A stretch of DNA of 64,000 nt, taken from positions 41,723 through 105,722 of the forward strand of contig CAYQMF010000002.1 of NCBI GenBank assembly GCA_964418595.1, read 5' to 3'. The stretch comes from an uncultured candidatus Brocadiaceae bacterium (lineage in GTDB: Bacteria > Planctomycetota > UBA1135 > UBA2386). This document shows, piece after piece, positions 58,577 through 64,000 of the stretch; the first letter of the stretch is position 1; each line of letters begins with the position of its first letter. The position numbers and the translations under genes were made by a program. The notes under the pieces are model-generated. The model saw nothing but the letters and a program-made list of their open reading frames with translations. It did not search any database and was not told the DNA's origin.

Positions 58577-61500
58577 GTGTCGACCCCTCCGCAAGACGTC
58601 GCGGCCGCCGAGTCCAAACGAGCGGATGATCCGGCGACCGACGACACGCGCATCGACTTTGCACACCTCCGCCTGCACACGCAGTACAGCCTGCTGACCG
58701 CGCCGCTGACGATCGACGCCGCCGTCGGGGCGGCGGCCGCCGACGGCCAGCGCGCGCTGGCGATCACCGACGACGGCAATCTGTACGGGGCCATCGAGTT
58801 CTACAAGGCGTGCAAGAAGGCCAAGATCAAACCGATCCTCGGCATGAGCGCGTTCGTCGCCGGGCGCAGCCACCGCGAACCGACCAGCGCCGAGAACCAG
58901 ACCTTCCAGCTCACGCTGCTCGCGGAGAACGCCACCGGATGGGCCAATCTGCGCCGGCTGTCGTCGCGCGCGTTCGTGGACGGCTTCCACTACCGGCCAC
59001 GCATCGACCAGGAGCTGCTCGCGGCCCATCGCGAGGGCCTGATCGTCCTGTCCGGTGGACTCACCGGGGTCATCGCCCAGCACCTCCTCGCGATGCGCAA
59101 CGCCGAGGCACTGCGGGTGGCGGGTGAGCTGCGCGAGATCTGCGGCCCCGACCACTTCTTCCTCGAGGTGATGCACACGGGGTACGAACCGCAGGAGCGG
59201 GTCAACGCGGGCACGGCGCAGATCGGTGCGCGCCTGGGTGTCGGCCTGGTCGCCACCCACGACATCCACTACCTCACGCGCGACGACTGGGTGACCCAGG
59301 ACGTCGTCCTCTGCATCCGCAACGGCAGCGTGCTCGCGAATCCCGAGCGGTTCCGCATGGGGTCGCGCGAGCTCTACCTCAAGACGCGCGCCGAGATGAC
59401 CGCGGCCTTCGCCGGCCAGTCCGACGCGCTCCGCGCCGCGGCGACGATCGCGACCCGTTGCGATGTGCCGATCGACTTCAACGTCTACCACCTGCCGGTG
59501 TTCGACGCCGGACCGGACACGACGCCGAGCGAGCTCTTCCGCCGCGAATGCCATGCGGGCGCGCGGCGCCGCTACGGCGAGCTGACTCCCCAGGTCACGG
59601 AGCGTCTCGAGTACGAGATCGGCGTCATCGAGAAGCTGGGGTTCGTCAGCTACTTCCTCGTCGTGCAGGATTTCATCCGGCACGCGCGTGCCCAGGGCAT
59701 CGCCGTCGGTCCCGGTCGCGGATCGGCCGCGGGCTCGATCGTCGCGTACTGCCTGTCGATCACGGAGCTGGACCCGCTTCGCTACAACCTGCTCTTCGAG
59801 CGGTTCCTCAACGCGGCACGCGTGAGCATGCCGGACATCGACATCGACTTCTGCGGCGAACGCCGCGACGAGGTCATCGACTACGTGCGCCGTCGCTACG
59901 GCGACGCCAACGTCTCGCAGATCATCACGTTCGGCACGATGGCGAGCCGCGGCGTGCTGCGCGACGTGGGACGCGTGCTCGACGTGCCGTTGGCCGACAT
60001 CGACAAGATCGCCAAGAAGGTCCCGCAGGGACCGGGCGCGTCCCTGGAGACCGCACTGACCACGGACAAGGAACTGGTCGAGCTGCGCGGCGCGAGCGAG
60101 GCCAACCGACGTCTCTTCGACCTGGGTCTCAAGCTGGAGGGGATGGTGCGGCACTCCTCGATCCACGCGGCAGGCGTGGTGATCGCCGACCGGCCGCTGA
60201 TCGAGTACGTGCCGCTGTCGCGCAACGGCGACGACATCACCACGCAGTGGCAGATGGGGGAACTGGAGGAGTGCGGGCTCCTCAAGATGGACTTCCTCGG
60301 ACTCAAGACCCTGACCATCCTGCAGGAGGCCGCACGCCTCATCCAGGAGACGCACGGGACGACCGTCGATCTCGACGCCCTCCCCCTCGACGACCGTCCC
60401 ACCTACGAGCTGATGACGGCCGGCGACACCCTGGGCGTGTTCCAGCTCGAATCCGAGGGCATGCGCGAGCTGCTGGCGAAACTCCGCCCCGACACCTTTG
60501 GTGACGTGATCGCCGTGCTCGCCCTGTACCGGCCGGGGCCACTGGGTTCGGGCATGGTCGACATGTTCGTACGCCGCAAGCACGGCGAGGAACCGGTCGC
60601 GTACCCGCACGCGAGCCTGCAGCCGATCCTCGAGGAGAGCTACGGAGTCATCGTCTACCAGGAGCAGGTCATGCGCATCGCCAACGTCCTGGCGGGCTTC
60701 TCGCTGAACGACGCCGACAACCTGCGCAAGGCGATGGGCAAGAAGAAGCCCGAGGTGATGGCGAAGTTCAAGGAGCAGTTCATCGACGGGGCTGCGGCCA
60801 ACGGCCACGGCCGGGCCTTCGCCAAGGAGCTGTTCGAGACCATCGAGTACTTCGCCGGGTACGGCTTCAACAAGTCGCACTCCGCCGCCTACGCGCTGCT
60901 CACCTACCAGACCGCGTGGCTGAAGGCCCACTACCCGGTCGAGTTCTACGCGGCCAACCTCACGGTCGAGTCTGGCAACTCGGACAAGGTCAAGGAGTTC
61001 GTCGAGGCGGCGCGCCGACAGGGACTCGAAGTGCGGCCCCCGGACGCCAACAAGAGCCGGCGCCGCTTCAGCGTCGAGGAGGGCACGGTCCGCTTCGGAC
61101 TCGGTGCGATCAAGGGCATGGGCACCCGCGCTGCCGACCAGATCGCCGCCGAGCGGGAGGCGTCGGGTCCGTATCGCTCCTTCGACGACCTCTGCGAGCG
61201 GCACGACTCGACGATCCTCAACAAGACGGGACTCGAAGCGATGGCGCGCGCTGGGGCGTTCGACGCGTTCGGCGTGCCACGGCGCGCGCTGTGCGAGGGC
61301 GCCGATGCCGCGATCCGCTCGGCTGCCCGCGCCCGCGACGACAAGCGCCGCGGCCAGAAGCTCCTGTTCGGCATCGGCCAGCCGACGATGGCGGTGCCAT
61401 CCGGGCCCGACGCCGCGACCCAGGGCGGCGTGACCCAGCCGACCGAGTGGTCCGAGCACGAGCGGCTCGCCCAGGAGAAGGAAGCCCTGGGGTTCTACTT

Positions 61501-62110
61501 CTCCGGACACCCTTTCGAGCGGCGCGGCCGCTTCCTGCAGCGCCTCGCCGGGGCGACATCCGCCGACCTCGCGACGCTGCGCAGCGCGGGGCGGGACTCC
61601 GTGCGCCTCGCCGGGATGATCAGCTCGGTCCGCGTGCTGCAGATCCGCTCCGGCCGCAATGCCGGCCAGAAGATGGCGCGCTTCGTGCTCGAGGATCTGG
61701 AGGGCCGCGTGCCGGTGACCTGCTTCGCGCGGGCCTACCAGGAGCAGAAGGACGCCATCGTCGAGGACGCCATCGTGTTCGTCACCGGACGCCTGGACGG
61801 CCAGAGCGAGGACGTCGCGCTGCTGGCGGAGTCGATCGCGCCGAGCCAGGAGATCGTCGACAGCGAGGTGGACGCGGTGGTGCTGCGACTCACGGAGGCA
61901 TGGCAGACCTCTGCCCGCTGCCTGGATCGGATCGCGGCCACGGTGGCCCGACATCCGGGCCGGCAGCGGATGCAGCTCGAGGTCACGCAGGGCGACGCGG
62001 TCTACCGCGTGCGCGCCGACCAGATGTTCTCGGTGCGCGTCACGGAGGAACTGCTCGACGACCTCGCGGAGGTCGTCGGCCCGGCCAACCTGTCGTTCAC
62101 GCGCCGCTGA
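58577..62110 (+). CDS. dnaE: DNA polymerase III alpha subunit
   Basis: 1177 aa with a PHP domain (FAHLRLHTQYSLL), polymerase core motifs (GPGRGSAAGSIVAYCL, PDIDIDF, GLLKMDFLGLKTL, GYGFNKSHSAAYA) and an OB-fold C-terminus. The start is GTG. Confidence 0.96.
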   Translation: MSTPPQDVAAAESKRADDPATDDTRIDFAHLRLHTQYSLLTAPLTIDAAVGAAAADGQRALAITDDGNLYGAIEFYKACKKAKIKPILGMSAFVAGRSHREPTSAENQTFQLTLLAENATGWANLRRLSSRAFVDGFHYRPRIDQELLAAHREGLIVLSGGLTGVIAQHLLAMRNAEALRVAGELREICGPDHFFLEVMHTGYEPQERVNAGTAQIGARLGVGLVATHDIHYLTRDDWVTQDVVLCIRNGSVLANPERFRMGSRELYLKTRAEMTAAFAGQSDALRAAATIATRCDVPIDFNVYHLPVFDAGPDTTPSELFRRECHAGARRRYGELTPQVTERLEYEIGVIEKLGFVSYFLVVQDFIRHARAQGIAVGPGRGSAAGSIVAYCLSITELDPLRYNLLFERFLNAARVSMPDIDIDFCGERRDEVIDYVRRRYGDANVSQIITFGTMASRGVLRDVGRVLDVPLADIDKIAKKVPQGPGASLETALTTDKELVELRGASEANRRLFDLGLKLEGMVRHSSIHAAGVVIADRPLIEYVPLSRNGDDITTQWQMGELEECGLLKMDFLGLKTLTILQEAARLIQETHGTTVDLDALPLDDRPTYELMTAGDTLGVFQLESEGMRELLAKLRPDTFGDVIAVLALYRPGPLGSGMVDMFVRRKHGEEPVAYPHASLQPILEESYGVIVYQEQVMRIANVLAGFSLNDADNLRKAMGKKKPEVMAKFKEQFIDGAAANGHGRAFAKELFETIEYFAGYGFNKSHSAAYALLTYQTAWLKAHYPVEFYAANLTVESGNSDKVKEFVEAARRQGLEVRPPDANKSRRRFSVEEGTVRFGLGAIKGMGTRAADQIAAEREASGPYRSFDDLCERHDSTILNKTGLEAMARAGAFDAFGVPRRALCEGADAAIRSAARARDDKRRGQKLLFGIGQPTMAVPSGPDAATQGGVTQPTEWSEHERLAQEKEALGFYFSGHPFERRGRFLQRLAGATSADLATLRSAGRDSVRLAGMISSVRVLQIRSGRNAGQKMARFVLEDLEGRVPVTCFARAYQEQKDAIVEDAIVFVTGRLDGQSEDVALLAESIAPSQEIVDSEVDAVVLRLTEAWQTSARCLDRIAATVARHPGRQRMQLEVTQGDAVYRVRADQMFSVRVTEELLDDLAEVVGPANLSFTRR

Positions 62111-62288
62111 CGACGGGGCGACGACGTGCGCGCCATGGCGCCCTCGCTTCCGGCGCCCCAGCGGTCGGCCTTTCCGCCAGGCCGTGATCTCCGCCTGAGA
62201 CCTCGTGGCGCCGCCGGAACAGGCGCCGGCGCGGCGATGACGAAACCCTCCCCGAGCCAGAGCGGCTCGATCCACCGAGCGAGGCAAC

Positions 62289-64000
62289 ATGGGGACCGGT
62301 CTTCGTCATTCTTCTCTCCCGCCCACCACGCTCGCGCACGATGCGCGCGAGCGTCTCGGCCATCGTCTGGGGCAACGGCTCGTCAGCCTGGGCATCACGG
62401 TGCTCCTCGCGGCGTGCGGAGCATCGGGCGGAGTGACGGGTGGCTCCGGCGGTGACGGGGGCGGCGGCGGCGGGAGTGGCGGACCTGGCGGCGGCGGCGG
62501 TGGTGGAGGCGGTGGAGGTGGCGGTGGAGGTGGTGGTGGCAACGGCGGCGGCGGCGGGTTGACCGCACCGAACGCGACCTCGCCGCTCGGGATCAACCTC
62601 GCGGTGATGGAGTACTGGTCGCGTGAGGTCGCGTTCGTCGACCTGTTCAAGCAGTCGGGCGCGTGGATCTCCCAGGACGTGCCGCACAACCGCTGGGACA
62701 ACGGTCAGGCGCTCGACGTCGACGCCGAGGGCTGGATCCGACGCCTTCTTCCTGGTCAGGCCGCCGCGACCCTCCTCTGCTGGAACGCCGGTGGCCAGTA
62801 TCCGGGCGGTGACTACACCTGCTTGTTCGATGGCGACGGCGATCTCGAGTTCCAGCTCGACGCGCAGGTGATCGAGCGCGACGTCGGCCGGCTGGTCGTA
62901 CGCGTGACTCCCGGCCGCAGCGACGGCATCTGGATGCGGCTGACGCGGACCGCGGTCCAGAACCCGCTGCGCAACATCCGCCTGATCATGCCCGGCTTCG
63001 AGAGCACCTATCAGGAGCAGCCCTTCCATCCGGACTTCCTCGCGCGCTGGTCGAAGTTCAAGGTCCTCCGCTTCATGGACTGGCAGCGCACCAACAACTC
63101 GACGATCGTCCGGTGGTCCGAGCGCACCACGCCCAACAGCGTCAACCAGACGGGCCGGGGTGGCGTGGCGCTGGAGCACATCATCCAGCTCTGCAACACG
63201 CTCGACGCGGATCCTTGGCTGTGCATTCCGCTCCATGCCGACACCGGGTACGTCCAGCAGTTCGCGGCGCTGCTGCAGCGTGACCTGGAGCCCGAGCGCA
63301 AGGTCTACCTCGAGCACAGCAACGAGGTCTGGAACGGTGTCTTCCGGCAGAACCGCGATGCAGCCGCGCTGGGGCGGGCGCGCAACCTCGCGTCGACCGA
63401 CCATGAGGCGGCGATGTACTACCACGGGCTGCGCACCGTCGAGGTCGGCGCCGCGGTCGAGGCCACGCTCGGCGGCGACCGCGTCGTCCGTACCCTGGGA
63501 ATGCAGGCCGCCACGCCGTGGTGGGTCAACAACCTGCTGACCTACAACAACGTCTGGCAGGGTGTCGACGCGGTCGCGGTCGCTCCTTATGTGGGCAACG
63601 ATCTCGGGGATCCCTCCACGCAGGCCACCGTCGCGCAGATGTCGGTCGAGGCGGTGATCGGGTTCCTGCTGCAGGACACGCAGCGCATGATGAACAACGT
63701 CCGTCAGTCGGTGGGGTACTGCACGAACTTCAGCCTCGAGCTGATCGCGTACGAGGGCGGCCAACATCTGGTCGGATATGCGGGCGCCGAGAACAACCAG
63801 GCGCTGACCAACCTCTTCGTGCGCGTGAACGGCGACCCTGCGATGGAGACCGTCTATCAGGCCTACCTCGACGCGTGGAAGCAGACCGGCGCGCACATGT
63901 GCGTGCTCTACAGCTCGCTCGAGGGCTGGAGCAAGTGGGGCTCCTGGGGCATGGTCCGCAGCCATGGCGCCGACCTCACCCGCGAGTGGAAGTACAAGGC
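62289..64000 (+). CDS. Secreted lipoprotein with a 40-residue poly-Gly linker and a clan GH-A-like (TIM-barrel glycosidase-like) domain; 3' end beyond the window
   Basis: Not in the ORF track (no stop in the window). My translation from ATG 62289 reads MGTGLRHSS..LGITVLLAACGASGG (lipobox), then the G-rich linker. After that come LGINLAVMEYWSREVAFVDLFKQSGAW, KVLRFMDWQRTNN, VYLEHSNEVWN (NE acid/base-like) and LELIAYEGGQH (nucleophile-like Glu). Confidence 0.75.
   Translation, partial: MGTGLRHSSLPPTTLAHDARERLGHRLGQRLVSLGITVLLAACGASGGVTGGSGGDGGGGGGSGGPGGGGGGGGGGGGGGGGGGNGGGGGLTAPNATSPLGINLAVMEYWSREVAFVDLFKQSGAWISQDVPHNRWDNGQALDVDAEGWIRRLLPGQAAATLLCWNAGGQYPGGDYTCLFDGDGDLEFQLDAQVIERDVGRLVVRVTPGRSDGIWMRLTRTAVQNPLRNIRLIMPGFESTYQEQPFHPDFLARWSKFKVLRFMDWQRTNNSTIVRWSERTTPNSVNQTGRGGVALEHIIQLCNTLDADPWLCIPLHADTGYVQQFAALLQRDLEPERKVYLEHSNEVWNGVFRQNRDAAALGRARNLASTDHEAAMYYHGLRTVEVGAAVEATLGGDRVVRTLGMQAATPWWVNNLLTYNNVWQGVDAVAVAPYVGNDLGDPSTQATVAQMSVEAVIGFLLQDTQRMMNNVRQSVGYCTNFSLELIAYEGGQHLVGYAGAENNQALTNLFVRVNGDPAMETVYQAYLDAWKQTGAHMCVLYSSLEGWSKWGSWGMVRSHGADLTREWKYK
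62439..62558 (+). repeat. (GGN)40 glycine-codon microsatellite-like tract inside the lipoprotein gene
   Basis: GGSGGDGGGGGGSGGPGGGGGGGGGGGGGGGGGGNGGGGG, encoded by mixed ggc/ggt/gga/ggg codons with short 9-bp sub-repeats (ggtggaggc ggtggaggt ggcggtgga). Confidence 0.9.

Noticed and set aside
58385-62290. A 1301-aa - strand ORF.
   Set aside because: It lies antisense to dnaE (PHP and polymerase motifs are on the + strand). Its composition is Arg/Ala/Gly/Leu-biased with no recognisable domains.
62097-63965. A 622-aa - strand ORF, and the polyproline ORF at 62306..62701 (PPPPPLPPPPPPPPPPPPPPPPPPP).
   Set aside because: They are shadows of the + strand lipoprotein gene. The poly-Pro run is simply the reverse complement of the (GGN)n glycine tract.

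Overview
This is a very GC-rich window (about 70% by eye) from a Gram-negative-type bacterium; I cannot assign the taxon from sequence alone. Coding density is high and strongly strand-biased: every gene I accept between 5566 and 55174 lies on the - strand except one (4534..5565). I support 48 protein genes, 2 tRNA-Ser genes and 1 SRP RNA, and I see no CRISPR array or mobile element. Most long ORFs in the track are Arg/Ala/Gly/Pro-rich antisense shadows of real genes and were discarded. Two edge-truncated genes (1..1434 - and 62289..64000 +) are missing from the track and were found by translating the sequence myself.

The dominant content is a dispersed type IV filament system:
- pilM-pilN-pilO/P fusion-secretin (39854..45068)
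- a second PilT-like ATPase plus a PDZ membrane protein (32823..35400)
- a long co-directional array (5566..29177): three giant lipoproteins, prepilin peptidase, OmpA-like lipoprotein, a divergent EF-G paralog, pilT, pilB, pilC, a TPR protein, the pilin, then GT2 + GT4 + a PMT/TMTC-like GT-C/TPR enzyme

Two more giant lipoprotein paralogs sit at 1..4105. Housekeeping blocks are interleaved:
- rne, rplU-rpmA-obg
- coaX, an MnmE-like GTPase, pyrB
- hrpB, rpoN-truA-hpf-ptsN-ptsH
- tadA / 2 tRNA-Ser / SRP RNA / dnaX-ybaB-recR
- argF-like, an SDR plus an SPT-like synthase, dnaE

The best candidates for something undescribed are:
1. A family of five beta-solenoid/Ig-like, glycine-run lipoproteins, three of them physically joined to the pilus motor operon.
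2. A pilin-adjacent polyprenyl-P-sugar synthase + GT-C/TPR glycosylation cassette.
3. An EF-G paralog with a destroyed NKxD motif inside the pilus array, preceded by a 13-bp tandem repeat that resembles the 16S rRNA 3' end.

All functional calls rest on motif recognition by eye. No database search was run.
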